Positions 10,373 to 20,946 of a stretch of DNA of 64,000 nt are shown here, piece by piece. The stretch is taken from assembly GCA_963738095.1 (NCBI GenBank), contig CAVTVL010000009.1, forward strand, positions 18,124-82,123, read 5' to 3'. How positions within the stretch are numbered: the stretch's first letter is position 1; every line of letters starts with the position of its first letter. Both the position numbers and the translations under genes were made by a program. The DNA is from Terriglobales bacterium. GTDB lineage: Bacteria > Acidobacteriota > Terriglobia > Terriglobales > Acidobacteriaceae. The notes beneath the pieces were generated by a model. That model ran no database searches, was not told where the DNA came from, and saw only the letters and a program-made list of their open reading frames with translations.

Positions 10373-10639
10373 GCCCTTCTCCACACCAAGGATCAGTAAT
10401 TCCGCCACGGTGTTCGCAACGGCGCCGAGGACTTCATCAAAAGGTAGGATGGCCCGATTTCGGTAATCGCTTGCACGACTGAGACAGCAGCCTTGAACTG
10501 GCTCGCGATTCATCACATTCTCTCTCGAGGAGTGAGCATTTATCTTCGCACAGCTCCCATCGCAGGAAATTAAATCCCCTTAAATCAGTAGAGTAGTGAA
10601 GATCAGCTCTGCAAGTTTGCTAGCAAAATCCGCACACTC

Positions 10640-10830
10640 ATTTGCCTTTGAATCATTGTCTCCCAAAAAAATTGGCGCGCGCGCGAGGCTTCGGTGCACT
10701 CCAGCAAGATAAAAATAGCGATTCCGAATCCAATGCAATGCGGCCTTCGATACGACCGCGTCGAAACAATGATCAAATGAGAGAACATCCGAGCATCGAG
10801 AGTTTGTGCCGCCACCATGCTCAGAGCAAC
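10640..10830 (-). pseudogene. Remnant of a class I SAM-dependent methyltransferase
   Basis: FDAVVSKAALHWI...LAGVHRSL resembles the FDAVFSNAALHW motif; the rest is frameshifted or missing. Boundaries approximate. Confidence 0.5.
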
Positions 10831-11087
10831 TGAGCACTCTTGTGAGATGGTCAGCAGCCAAGCAACAACAACTTGTTCTGACGGCGAATTTTATTTTAAT
10901 TGATAAAACAGAAACTTTTTTTACACTCCCGCTCGGCCTATCAGGATGAATTACCTAGTACAAACTTACTACTGAGTACCCTCCAACAATATTTCTATAA
11001 TTTGCATCTATTAAGTTGATTCCCCTAATTTCCAAGTCAAAGCTTTTCGGCCGTGCCCGGCTATGAGTAAATAGACCAAGGATTCGA

Positions 11088-12302
11088 ATGGAAGCCGGTA
11101 CTACTGTAGCAACAATTGAGATTCATCGAAACCGTGATGATGTCAGATTGCCTTCTTACTCTGTCCATATGGATGCGATCCGATCGATCGCCGCTTTCCT
11201 TGTCCTGGCTGGACACGCCCGTATGCTTTTTTTCGGGAACCACGACGGATCAAAGGTAACGTCTGCAGCCATATCCACTGCCAAAACTCTGGGCCTCGGA
11301 CATCACGCCGTTATTGTTTTCTTTGTACTTAGCGGATTTCTAGTGGGCAACAGCGCTTGGCGGTCTGTGTGCTCGGGGCGTTGGTCGTGGAAGAAATACT
11401 TACTACAAAGAATGACACGTTTGTGGATCGTCCTTATACCAGCATTGCTCATTGGCGGCGTTCTCGATCACATCGGCATGCGTTACCTGGCTCATAGTGG
11501 AAGCATTTTTTCTGGGCCTGCGGGTCAAAGCATGGTTGACGCGACGCTTCCGGAACGATCAACAATTCAGGTACTGGCCGGAAATATTTTTTTCCTACAA
11601 ACAATCCGAGTTCCAAATTTTGGGACGAATGATGCGCTTTGGAGTTTAGCGAATGAATTCTGGTACTACATAACCTTTCCGGCCATCCTTCTTATCTTTT
11701 TAGGCAATCGGTCCTCCCTGAAAAGAATCGGATATGCCTTAATGGCCGCGGCAATACTGCTTTTTGTGGGTCCAAAAATTGGACTCCAGTTTGGCATATG
11801 GCTCCTCGGATTTGTGGTCTCAATCCTGCCATTGAAAATCTCACAGTCATACCGTCTTTGGGTGACGGGGGCTTGTTTGCTCCAATTTTTAGCAGTGAAT
11901 GCGCTTATCCGCAGTCATCATGTATCCATATTGCTGGCAGATACAGTTCTTGGTCTGAGCTTTTCCATACTGCTTTATGCGATTGTTCACGCACGCCAGC
12001 CAGTGCGATCAGTGCATTATCAAAAGGCGGCCAAGCATTTTTCCCAATTCTCTTACAGTTTGTACTTGATGCATTTGCCATTCCTGACATTTATCACTGG
12101 AATCATGCTTGTTCCCTGGCACCCATGGAATAAAACCCCTATTCATTTTGCTCAAGCTGTTTTGATGGTTGTGATCGCATATTGCTATTCGTGGATGGCA
12201 TATTTGCTTTTTGAGCGAAATACCAACAAGCTCCGGCTCTGGGCGAGCAATTTGATTTCTCCTGCAACCGGACCCCAGCCTGGAGAAATCAAGACGGGCT
12301 AA
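11088..12302 (+). CDS. Acyltransferase 3 (OafA-like) polysaccharide O-acyltransferase
   Basis: DAIRSIAAFLVLAGH, VFFVLSGFLV, LWSLANEFWYY and SYSLYLMH motifs; about 10 TM segments. Confidence 0.9.
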   Translation: MEAGTTVATIEIHRNRDDVRLPSYSVHMDAIRSIAAFLVLAGHARMLFFGNHDGSKVTSAAISTAKTLGLGHHAVIVFFVLSGFLVGNSAWRSVCSGRWSWKKYLLQRMTRLWIVLIPALLIGGVLDHIGMRYLAHSGSIFSGPAGQSMVDATLPERSTIQVLAGNIFFLQTIRVPNFGTNDALWSLANEFWYYITFPAILLIFLGNRSSLKRIGYALMAAAILLFVGPKIGLQFGIWLLGFVVSILPLKISQSYRLWVTGACLLQFLAVNALIRSHHVSILLADTVLGLSFSILLYAIVHARQPVRSVHYQKAAKHFSQFSYSLYLMHLPFLTFITGIMLVPWHPWNKTPIHFAQAVLMVVIAYCYSWMAYLLFERNTNKLRLWASNLISPATGPQPGEIKTG

Positions 12303-12317
12303 TTTGCCAGGCGTATA

Positions 12318-12349
12318 AAAGCTGATGAGACAAATGTCTCATCAGCTTT
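12318..12349. terminator. Inverted repeat after the acyltransferase (terminator and/or operator)
   Basis: AAAGCTGATGAGACA-AA-TGTCTCATCAGCTTT, perfect 15-bp arms. Confidence 0.6.
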
Positions 12350-12618
12350 GCACAAGTTTTCCTAGTATTTCGAGTGCTTTTGTTACAACCTTGTGAATGA
12401 TTTATGATTCAAAGTATCTAGCGCTACATGGATTAGTCTCACCAGGCGCACCCCCCAGTCGCAGAAAGATAAAGAGGAGCGTTTCTCCGAATGTGGAAGA
12501 CCGCGCAAATACGACAAACCCCTCTTGCTGACTCTGACTTAGAACGACCACAGTACATAAAAAAAATGTTGTTGGTACAAACTTCCCCCATACAAAATTT
12601 CCCCGAAGGTCTGCTTTT

Positions 12619-13326
12619 ATGGATGACGCAGTATCAGCTATTAGGCCAAGCATCAGGATTGTTATCGCCGATCCGATGAATATTACAGCGGAGTTGCTGT
12701 CACAGGCGCTTTCGACACAACCCGATTTTGAAGTAATCAGCTATCCAGGAAACATCGACGACCTTGTCAATACTGTTTCCACTCATCGTCCTGACATCGT
12801 GTTGGTTAGGAGCACGGCTGCCAGAAAATCCTTCGCGCCACTGTTAATTCTTTCGAAGATACGCACCGCAAGTCCGAAGACGCGCTGCATAGTACTTTCT
12901 GTCGAGCTCACAGACAGAGATGTAATTTCATTTTTTCACGCACAGGCGCGAGGAATTGTTGCTGCAGACGATACGGACTTCGCCACGCTTTGCAAATGCA
13001 TTGCAGAGGTTCACCGCGGAAATATCTGGGCATCAAGCGAGCAGCTGAATTACCTGATCGAATCACTTTCCGGATATCAACCTCCGTTCGTCGTAGATGA
13101 AAACGGCGAAGCACTCTTGAGCACAAGAGAACAGGAAGTTCTCCGCCTGTTGTCGCGTGGCATGAGCAATCGTGAAATCGCTCAGGCTCTCAAACTCAGC
13201 GAGCATACCGTAAAGAACCACCTGTTTCACATTTTTGAAAAGCTTGGAGTTTCGAGCCGAACTGAGGCAATTCTGTGCGCAACCCGGGGAGCTTTCTTTC
13301 GAGATGAATTTGCTGCGGCGGACTGA
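12619..13326 (+). CDS. NarL/LuxR-family regulator with an atypical receiver domain
   Basis: C-terminal [36 protein letters not shown] LuxR HTH; receiver-like N-terminus reads PDIVLVR where D is expected. Confidence 0.9.
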   Translation: MDDAVSAIRPSIRIVIADPMNITAELLSQALSTQPDFEVISYPGNIDDLVNTVSTHRPDIVLVRSTAARKSFAPLLILSKIRTASPKTRCIVLSVELTDRDVISFFHAQARGIVAADDTDFATLCKCIAEVHRGNIWASSEQLNYLIESLSGYQPPFVVDENGEALLSTREQEVLRLLSRGMSNREIAQALKLSEHTVKNHLFHIFEKLGVSSRTEAILCATRGAFFRDEFAAAD

Positions 13327-13333
13327 CAACAAT

Positions 13334-14599
13334 ATGAGCACCCCGTGTTCAAGCAAATCTCCAATATCCTCTTTCATGTTTGACATGTGCTTTATGGCAT
13401 GTGGTCTGCTTCTTTCATGCGTGGGATGCCTTGTGACAGCGCGTGCGCAAGCCGTCGGAAGGCCCGCATCGACGTCTGCACATCAATTTATGGGGATGCA
13501 TACCTTATCCCCTACCCGTCACTGGCCGACAGTGCCTTTCGGCGCAATGCGACCTGCCGGGACAACATGGGGAACAATCGAACCATCACGCGGAGTATTT
13601 GATTGGCATGGCCTCGATACATGGGTCGCTCAATCCATGGCACATCACGTGCAATTTGATTATGTATTCCTCAATACCCCTCAGTGGGCAAGTCAACGTC
13701 CAGATGAAAAGTGCAACCGTGGTCCTATTGGCTGTGCCGCTCCTCCAACTGACGACGATTGGAGGCAATTTGTAACTGTTCTTGTGACCAGATACAAAGG
13801 CCGAATTGCTGATTACGAAATGTGGAACGAGCCGAATGCAATTGGGTTTTTTACAGGGAGTGCCGCTGATATGGCACACATGGTTTCAATTGCATATCCG
13901 ATCATCAAATCCATTGATCCCAATGCAGTTGTGGTCGCACCTTCGCCTTCTTCAACGGGTTGGCCCACGCCGTTTGATGAATGGATCGATCAGTTTCTCA
14001 AAGCGGGTGGGGGAAAATACGTTGATGTAATGAGCTGGCATGCCTATGCAGGACGCACAAATCAGCCGGCAAATCCTCCAGAAGATCTGGTCAGCCAAAT
14101 TACGAAAATTCACTCCATTTTAGAAAAACACAACCTTGGTGGGATGCCCTTATGGGATACGGAAGGCGGATGGGGGAAAAACTCTCAGCTGCCTGATGAA
14201 CAGCAGCAAGCTGCGTTCCTGTCACGATGGCTTCTTATCCAGTATAGCTACGGTATCGGTCGCGTTTATTGGTACCAGTGGGACAATCCAAATTTCGGCA
14301 CGTTATGGACTGAAGGCATCGGGGAAACCATTCCTGCGCAAACATTGACACAAATCTACAGTTGGCTAGACGGAGCAACTGTGACGAGTAAGTGCGCTTC
14401 CACGCACGGTTCGCTTTGGACATGCGGTCTTTCGAAAAATGGCCAAGACTATTTAGTAGCGTGGTCTACCGCACAAACTGATCGTCTTTCAGAGTTCAAT
14501 CGCGCCTCCGCTTATATTGACGCGGGCGGGAATCAACATTCAATTACCGAACACTCGGTTTCCTTAAGCAACAGTCCAATACTTCTTAAATTGCAGTGA
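13334..14599 (+). CDS. Secreted clan-A glycoside hydrolase (GH39/GH5-like, PslG-like)
   Basis: Signal peptide ending ARAQ, YEMWNEPN acid/base motif and LWDTEGGWG nucleophile motif. Start codon uncertain. Confidence 0.8.
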   Translation: MSTPCSSKSPISSFMFDMCFMACGLLLSCVGCLVTARAQAVGRPASTSAHQFMGMHTLSPTRHWPTVPFGAMRPAGTTWGTIEPSRGVFDWHGLDTWVAQSMAHHVQFDYVFLNTPQWASQRPDEKCNRGPIGCAAPPTDDDWRQFVTVLVTRYKGRIADYEMWNEPNAIGFFTGSAADMAHMVSIAYPIIKSIDPNAVVVAPSPSSTGWPTPFDEWIDQFLKAGGGKYVDVMSWHAYAGRTNQPANPPEDLVSQITKIHSILEKHNLGGMPLWDTEGGWGKNSQLPDEQQQAAFLSRWLLIQYSYGIGRVYWYQWDNPNFGTLWTEGIGETIPAQTLTQIYSWLDGATVTSKCASTHGSLWTCGLSKNGQDYLVAWSTAQTDRLSEFNRASAYIDAGGNQHSITEHSVSLSNSPILLKLQ

Positions 14600-14605
14600 G
14601 GCCCA

Positions 14606-17600
14606 ATGATTTCATCCATCACTTTTAACCGTAATTCGCTGAAACATAAATTCGCCGACAATTTACGCAGTACCGTTATATATAAAAAAACAATACATAC
14701 AGCGTTTTTGTTTCTGGGTTTTCTACTTCTGTTAACCGGATGCGGTATCACCGTGAATCCGATACCACAGCTCACCATTAGCCCATCTTCGCTGTCATGG
14801 CATAAAGTTGCTATAGGACAAACATCGGCCGCGCAAACTATAACGATTGCGAATCATGCCACTTCGCCTGAAAAATCGGCAATCCTGCATATTTCATCGA
14901 TCGCAATCACTGACAATTTTATTCAAACGGCAACTACCTGCCCCGCGGCGCCTATCACACTGGGGCCAGGCGCATCGTGCACGATCTCTGTCGCGTTTCG
15001 CCCACTCGTTACAGGGGCCATCACAGGATCAGTCACTGTTACAGATAGCCTGCTCAGCAGCCCTCAAGTTGTCCCTTTAACTGCAAGTGGTTCAACAGGA
15101 TCTCTGTTATTCGATCCTGTATCCTTGGCATTCAAGGGCGTTGCTCCCAAGACCATCAGTCAGCCTCAGACAGCACAACTTACGAATGAACTGAGCACCC
15201 CTGTGGGTATTGCAGCTATTATTCCGAGCGCGCACTTTGCTGAGGGAGATAACTGCCCACGCTCTCCAAATACTCTTGCTCCCGGTGAAAGCTGTAGCGT
15301 TACCGTCACATCGAATCCGGTAGCAGCGGGGACGTACAATGGAGCTATCAACGTTCGCGATTACCTCGGAAACGTTACGCAGCTTTACTTATCGAACTCG
15401 GATCAGGGCAGTCCGATTATCGGAGCGCTGAGCTTCTCGCCGGCAACCCTTCAATGGGGCAAAGTTTCTGTCGGGTCTACTTCAGCCGCAAAAGATCTAA
15501 CGGTTACAAATACACAGTCCGGCAGCGTGACCTTTTCCGCGATTACACCTGGCCCAGACTACATCGTTACAAAGTCAACGTGCCCATCATCATTAGGCGG
15601 CGGCGCCTCCTGCACTATCTCACTCGCTTTCCGTCCGACAACAACCGGCTCCTTCTCAGAATTGCTAACTCTCACAGATAATGCCGCCAATAGCCCACAG
15701 GCGATTCCGCTGAAAGGCACAGGAGCACTCGGCACTCTGCTTTTTGCGCCTACATCGTTATCGTTTGCAGGCGTAGACAGCGGCACTGTCAGCCCCGCGC
15801 AAACAGCCACTCTCACAAATGTTCAGACTTCAGACGTAACAATTACTTCGATTACGAAAAGCGGTTTCTTTAACGAGACAAACAACTGCCCAGGAACCCT
15901 GGCCCCACAAGCGAGTTGCACCTTCACCGTTACATCGAACCCTACAAAAGATGGACGGACCACAGGTTCTGTCAATGTCAAAGACAGTACTGGTGGCTAT
16001 ACACAGCTTTATTTGAAAGGGCAAGGAGGAGACACAGATAAGATCCTGAGCTTCTCTCCCGAGACTCTAAACTGGGGGAAAATTGCAGTCGGCCAAACAT
16101 CCGGCCCCAAAACGCTTACAGTGAATAACGGGCAGACGGTCCCTCTCACAATCTATTCCATTTCTTCTGGACAAGACTTCCTGATGGGGAAGTCCACATG
16201 TCCTACAGCACCTGAGACGCTCGCAGCTGGTTCCTCTTGCACTATTTCTCTTAACTTCCGTCCATACTCTGATGGCACAAAAGGTGAAAGTTTGATTTTC
16301 ACCGACGATGCTCCCGGAGGAACTCAATCCGTTTCCTTGATGGGGACAGGCTTCATTGGAAATCTGCTTTTCAACCCGACATCACTTACATTTGCAGGGG
16401 TAGATCCTAATACAGCAAGTCAACCCCTCACGGCCACGCTCACGAACCAACAGACCAGCGATCTGGCTTTGTCCGCAATTTCCATCAGTGGGCATTTCAC
16501 CCAGACAAATGATTGCCCGGCCACCTTGTCGCCGCAAGCGAGCTGTAAATTTACGGTTACATCAAATCCAACAGTGAATGGTCCGACAACTGGATCAGTC
16601 AATGTAAAGGACGGCACTGGAACCACAACCCAGCTATATCTATTTGGCATGGGCGGAATTCCTATCGCGGCTTCCGCATCGCAGGTATCGGTTACACCAC
16701 AATCCATAAAGGCCGATAACATTTTGGTTGGCCAGACATCTGGTTCTACAGCCATTGTGGTCAGCAATCCAACCACAAAACCGCTGACCCTTGAATCCAT
16801 CAGTCTGGGACCGAACTTAGTGCAGACTGGTACGAGCTGTCCCGCTACTCCGTCAACCCTTGCAGCAGGCGCGGCATGCAAAGTATCCGTTGCTTTCCGC
16901 CCAATATCCGCTGGCGAAAAAACGGAACACGTCACGTTTAAAGATGATGCTGATGGCGGCACTCAAACAGTTACGGTGACCGGTACAGGTGTCATGGGAA
17001 ATCTATTGTATGAGCCTGCATCACTTATCTTCCCGCCGGTTACACCAGGAATTGTAAGCTCTCCGCAGTCGGTGAAGCTGACGAATATTCTTTCAGAGCC
17101 GGTAACGCTCGGCACAATTCGGGCGAACGGTGCGTTTACTCAAACAAACAATTGCCCAACAGGAACAGGTACTCTTTCAAGTGGTGCCAGTTGCACGATC
17201 TCGGTTGTTGCAACCCCAGACGCTGAGGGCGCATTCAGCGGCACCGTTGATGCAAAGCAAGAATCCGGACCTGTCACCCATCTCTATCTGACCGGTATAG
17301 GTTCTGACACCGCAACTGACGCCGCAAGTGTCTCTGGAACGGTCAGTTTCTCTCCTGCTTCGTTGACATGGGGGGCAGTTGCCGTTGGGCAAAGCTCAGG
17401 TGCCAAAAGCATTGCGCTTACTAACAGTCAATCGGCACCTCTGAGCATTGCTTCAATCAAAACAGATCAGGATTTTGCTTTGAGCGGAAATACATGCCCA
17501 TCGGCACCCAACACACTGCCAGCAGGGGGCACTTGTACACTATCCGTCATATTCCGGCCATACTCTACCGGAACAAAAAATGAAATGCTGACGGTCACAG

Positions 17601-20600
17601 ATGATGGCGCCGGCAGTCCTCATACTGCTTCTTTAAGTGCGACAGGAAGTACAGGGACGATGATGTACTCACCCTCATCGTTAACATTTGCTGCTGTTCC
17701 CGCAGGAACATCCAGCCCGGTGCAGACTGTGGCACTCACGAATCAAACTTCATCTCCTCTCACGCTCACAAGTATCTCCGTGACAGGAAACTTTGCTCAA
17801 ACGAATAATTGCCCATTAAGCCCTGCTGCTTTGGCAGCAAATGCTTCCTGCACCATTTCAGTCACTTCACACCCGCTGAGTTCAGGGACATTCACTGGAG
17901 CACTTAACACAAAAAGCAGTTCCGGCACGGTGGTTCAGCTTTACTTAGAAGGAGCGGGAGGCTCTTCAAACAATGGCGGCAACAGTGTTACTGCAGCTCC
18001 CAACTCATTAACGTGGGGTGCTACTTCCATCGGCCAGACTTCAGGCGCAAAGAGCATCACTCTAACTAACGGACAGAGTCCCTTGACTATTTCGTCGGTA
18101 AATACGGGAACCGACTTCCCTGTCACGGGAAGTACATGCCCGGTTGGCCCAGCGACGCTTGCAGCAGGAGCTACATGCACAATCTCCATTACGTTTCAGC
18201 CGCGTTCATCCGGTGCTATTAGCGAGGCATTAACCATCACAGATGACGCATCGAATAGCCCGCAAACTGTATTTCTCAATGCCACCGGACGCGTTGGGGG
18301 ACTACTCTTTACTCCGTCATCACTTAGTTTTGTTGCTGTTGCGCCTGGAACAGTCAGCTCTTCACAAGCTGCAACGCTAACCAACCAATCTACATCGCCT
18401 ATCGCCCTGACAAGTATTGCAGCGAGTGGCCACTTTGTTCAGACAAATAATTGCCCAGCAACTTTGGCATCGCAGTCGAGTTGCACGGTGAACGTTACTT
18501 CAAATCCAACAGCCAGCGGATCTTATACAGGTGCGGTGAATGCGAAGGACTCGAGCGGAAATGTATACCAGTTGTATCTGAATGGTGCGGGCACAGGAAA
18601 CGGGACAGGGAATGGAGGAATAGTAGTTTTCAAACCTGGAACAAGCCTCGGGTTCTCACCACAGGTGGTCACTCGAATGAGTACGCCACAGACCGTTACG
18701 CTAACAAACGATTCTTCGTCGACACTTACAATCGGTTCAATCACCACAACTGGATCCTCTGCGTTCGGAGTCAGCAACACGTGCATTCCAACCGGGCAGA
18801 GTTTTGGTTCCCTTGCTCCATTCTCAACCTGCACGATCAGTGTCACTTTTGATCCGCCGACAGTTGGCTCCTATACAGGCTCTCTGCAGATTGCCGATAA
18901 TGCAACAAACAGCCCACAAACGATCAGCTACTTTGGAAGCGGTGTTGCTGGCGACACCGCATTAGCGATGTACACTACACCAATCGCTTCATGCATCCTT
19001 CCGTCAAGCAGCCAGCAATTCCATGCAGAAGTCAGAAATTCTGCGAACACTAATGTGAGCTGGTATGTGGATAATGTGCTTGGTGGCACTACAAGCGCTG
19101 GCAGAATATCTACCGGCGGCCTTTATGTCGCTCCGGTCGCCACTGGTACGCATACCGTAAAGGCCGTTAGCCAGGCCAATACGACTGTAACCTCATCTAC
19201 ATCGATCAGCGTCACCAATACCCCTCAACTCGCGATCTATCCTTTTACCTCTAATCTTCAAGTTTCCGGTCAGCAGACTTTCCAAGGCCAGCTCTGCTCT
19301 GCCCCCGATAGCGACAGTCTTACCTATATTGTCGATAACGTTCCGGGCGGAAATACCAGCGTTGGAACAGTGACCAACGAAGGTTTGTATACCGCTCCCG
19401 CAACGGCTGGTAAGCACATTGTTCAGGTGAGAGACAATACTCTGAATAAAACAAGTGGTGCTGTCGTGAATGTCTATTCTGGACTTACTGTCGATTTCGG
19501 TTCACGGACAAACACGCAATACCCGATCGCCCCAGGTATTGTTGGAGTCAACCATGTCGACGGCTTACATAATGTCACGGACATGGGTATGCTTTCGAAT
19601 GCAGGTATCACAATTTCGAGAACGTATGCCCTCATACCGTCGGTTTATGCCACCCAAACGCCTAATTGGACAAAAATAGATCCGCTCATCGCAAACCTTC
19701 AACAGCTTGGCATGCATGTCATCCTTGAAGTGGCATTCACACCGCCATGGCTACAACCCAATCCAAACCCTTGCGGTGCTGGCAACACGACGCCAATGCC
19801 GACAGACCTTAATGCGTGGGCGCAAATCGCAGCCTCGTACGTTGCGCACATGGATTCCAAATTCCCAGGCGTCGTCACCGATTATGAAATCTGGAACGAA
19901 CCGGATGCGGGCGGCCTCTGCGGAAATGTCAATCGCCTGACTTCCTATATTTCGCTCTATGCTGCGGCTGCACCACTCATGAAGCAGCAGGCTGCAGCGG
20001 ATGGCGTATCGATTCGCATCGGCGGGCCTACTACATCCGGAATGAATTCGACCTGGATTCAGACGTTACTATCAACAGCGTCCACCGCTCCTTATGTCGA
20101 CTTCGTCAGCTACCACAATTATCAGCTGGGAGCTCCGAGTGTTGGAGCCGCATGGGATACCGATGAGAACAGCAGCCCGTCTCTCTTCCAGCAGACGCAA
20201 AGCCCAGGGGGAGCAGCGGGTCTCTATGCGAAGGCTTCCGCGCTATTGGGATCTGGAAAGCAGCCGCTCGGCGCGAAGACGCCGATTTATATTGATGAAT
20301 ACAACACAAACTGGGCGTATATACAGGATTGCTGCCGTAATGACCCAACCTATGCTCCTGTCTGGAACGGCCTATACGTGAGCGATCTGTTGAATACGGT
20401 ATATTCAGGAACCCCCTATCTTCCTGCGCAACTTACTTATTTTGCTGGCAATGCATATCCATACTTCTGTCTCATTGGAACATGGAACACAAATATGGAT
20501 TGTGCCTATGAACAAGGAAGTACGCCCGTACCCTATCCACAGTTCTACACATACCAACTCATGGCATCTTCGAATTACTTAGGCTTGAACAGCGGCGGTT

Positions 20601-20896
20601 ATATGGCTAAGTCTGTCGTTCCCGGATCGAGTGGGGGCGGACTACAGATGACAGCGTGGTACACAGCAAGCCAGGATGCAGTCATGATCGTGAATCCAAC
20701 AAGTGCGAATAATTCTGATGTCACAATTAATTTGCAGAATGTCGGCTTTACTTCTCCACAGGGGGTGTTTTATCGCATCGTTAATGGGGAACAAATTGAT
20801 AGCACCCCCATTACATTGACTCAATCCGGGAATGGATATTCGGCGACGGTGAATGTTCCGGCTTACAGTGTTGCTGGAATCACAATTCAACCGTAA
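14606..20896 (+). CDS. 2096-aa putative lipoprotein: 13 choice-of-anchor-D/ASH Ig-like repeats, 2 further Ig-like domains, C-terminal GH39-like domain
   Basis: LLLLTGC lipobox; repeated ~100-aa units with C-P...L-x-x-G-x-S-C-T; two GG-x4-G-x-(I/V)...GLY-x-AP units; YEIWNEPD and IYIDEYN catalytic motifs. Confidence 0.85.
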   Translation: MISSITFNRNSLKHKFADNLRSTVIYKKTIHTAFLFLGFLLLLTGCGITVNPIPQLTISPSSLSWHKVAIGQTSAAQTITIANHATSPEKSAILHISSIAITDNFIQTATTCPAAPITLGPGASCTISVAFRPLVTGAITGSVTVTDSLLSSPQVVPLTASGSTGSLLFDPVSLAFKGVAPKTISQPQTAQLTNELSTPVGIAAIIPSAHFAEGDNCPRSPNTLAPGESCSVTVTSNPVAAGTYNGAINVRDYLGNVTQLYLSNSDQGSPIIGALSFSPATLQWGKVSVGSTSAAKDLTVTNTQSGSVTFSAITPGPDYIVTKSTCPSSLGGGASCTISLAFRPTTTGSFSELLTLTDNAANSPQAIPLKGTGALGTLLFAPTSLSFAGVDSGTVSPAQTATLTNVQTSDVTITSITKSGFFNETNNCPGTLAPQASCTFTVTSNPTKDGRTTGSVNVKDSTGGYTQLYLKGQGGDTDKILSFSPETLNWGKIAVGQTSGPKTLTVNNGQTVPLTIYSISSGQDFLMGKSTCPTAPETLAAGSSCTISLNFRPYSDGTKGESLIFTDDAPGGTQSVSLMGTGFIGNLLFNPTSLTFAGVDPNTASQPLTATLTNQQTSDLALSAISISGHFTQTNDCPATLSPQASCKFTVTSNPTVNGPTTGSVNVKDGTGTTTQLYLFGMGGIPIAASASQVSVTPQSIKADNILVGQTSGSTAIVVSNPTTKPLTLESISLGPNLVQTGTSCPATPSTLAAGAACKVSVAFRPISAGEKTEHVTFKDDADGGTQTVTVTGTGVMGNLLYEPASLIFPPVTPGIVSSPQSVKLTNILSEPVTLGTIRANGAFTQTNNCPTGTGTLSSGASCTISVVATPDAEGAFSGTVDAKQESGPVTHLYLTGIGSDTATDAASVSGTVSFSPASLTWGAVAVGQSSGAKSIALTNSQSAPLSIASIKTDQDFALSGNTCPSAPNTLPAGGTCTLSVIFRPYSTGTKNEMLTVTDDGAGSPHTASLSATGSTGTMMYSPSSLTFAAVPAGTSSPVQTVALTNQTSSPLTLTSISVTGNFAQTNNCPLSPAALAANASCTISVTSHPLSSGTFTGALNTKSSSGTVVQLYLEGAGGSSNNGGNSVTAAPNSLTWGATSIGQTSGAKSITLTNGQSPLTISSVNTGTDFPVTGSTCPVGPATLAAGATCTISITFQPRSSGAISEALTITDDASNSPQTVFLNATGRVGGLLFTPSSLSFVAVAPGTVSSSQAATLTNQSTSPIALTSIAASGHFVQTNNCPATLASQSSCTVNVTSNPTASGSYTGAVNAKDSSGNVYQLYLNGAGTGNGTGNGGIVVFKPGTSLGFSPQVVTRMSTPQTVTLTNDSSSTLTIGSITTTGSSAFGVSNTCIPTGQSFGSLAPFSTCTISVTFDPPTVGSYTGSLQIADNATNSPQTISYFGSGVAGDTALAMYTTPIASCILPSSSQQFHAEVRNSANTNVSWYVDNVLGGTTSAGRISTGGLYVAPVATGTHTVKAVSQANTTVTSSTSISVTNTPQLAIYPFTSNLQVSGQQTFQGQLCSAPDSDSLTYIVDNVPGGNTSVGTVTNEGLYTAPATAGKHIVQVRDNTLNKTSGAVVNVYSGLTVDFGSRTNTQYPIAPGIVGVNHVDGLHNVTDMGMLSNAGITISRTYALIPSVYATQTPNWTKIDPLIANLQQLGMHVILEVAFTPPWLQPNPNPCGAGNTTPMPTDLNAWAQIAASYVAHMDSKFPGVVTDYEIWNEPDAGGLCGNVNRLTSYISLYAAAAPLMKQQAAADGVSIRIGGPTTSGMNSTWIQTLLSTASTAPYVDFVSYHNYQLGAPSVGAAWDTDENSSPSLFQQTQSPGGAAGLYAKASALLGSGKQPLGAKTPIYIDEYNTNWAYIQDCCRNDPTYAPVWNGLYVSDLLNTVYSGTPYLPAQLTYFAGNAYPYFCLIGTWNTNMDCAYEQGSTPVPYPQFYTYQLMASSNYLGLNSGGYMAKSVVPGSSGGGLQMTAWYTASQDAVMIVNPTSANNSDVTINLQNVGFTSPQGVFYRIVNGEQIDSTPITLTQSGNGYSATVNVPAYSVAGITIQP

Positions 20897-20912
20897 AAAG
20901 TCACACTCAAAT

Positions 20913-20946
20913 GAAAAGTGCCGATCCTCATAGATCGGCACTTTTC
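20913..20946 (+). terminator. Rho-independent terminator
   Basis: GAAAAGTGCCGATC-CTCATA-GATCGGCACTTTTC hairpin directly after the stop. Confidence 0.75.

Noticed and set aside
13394-13410. TGGCATGTGGTCTGCT sigma-54-like element
   Set aside because: Lies within the predicted signal-peptide coding region of the glycosidase, so probably coincidental.
14700-18950. CRISPR array or DNA-level tandem repeat
   Set aside because: The periodicity is at protein-domain level with diverged DNA; there are no identical short repeats with spacers and no cas genes.
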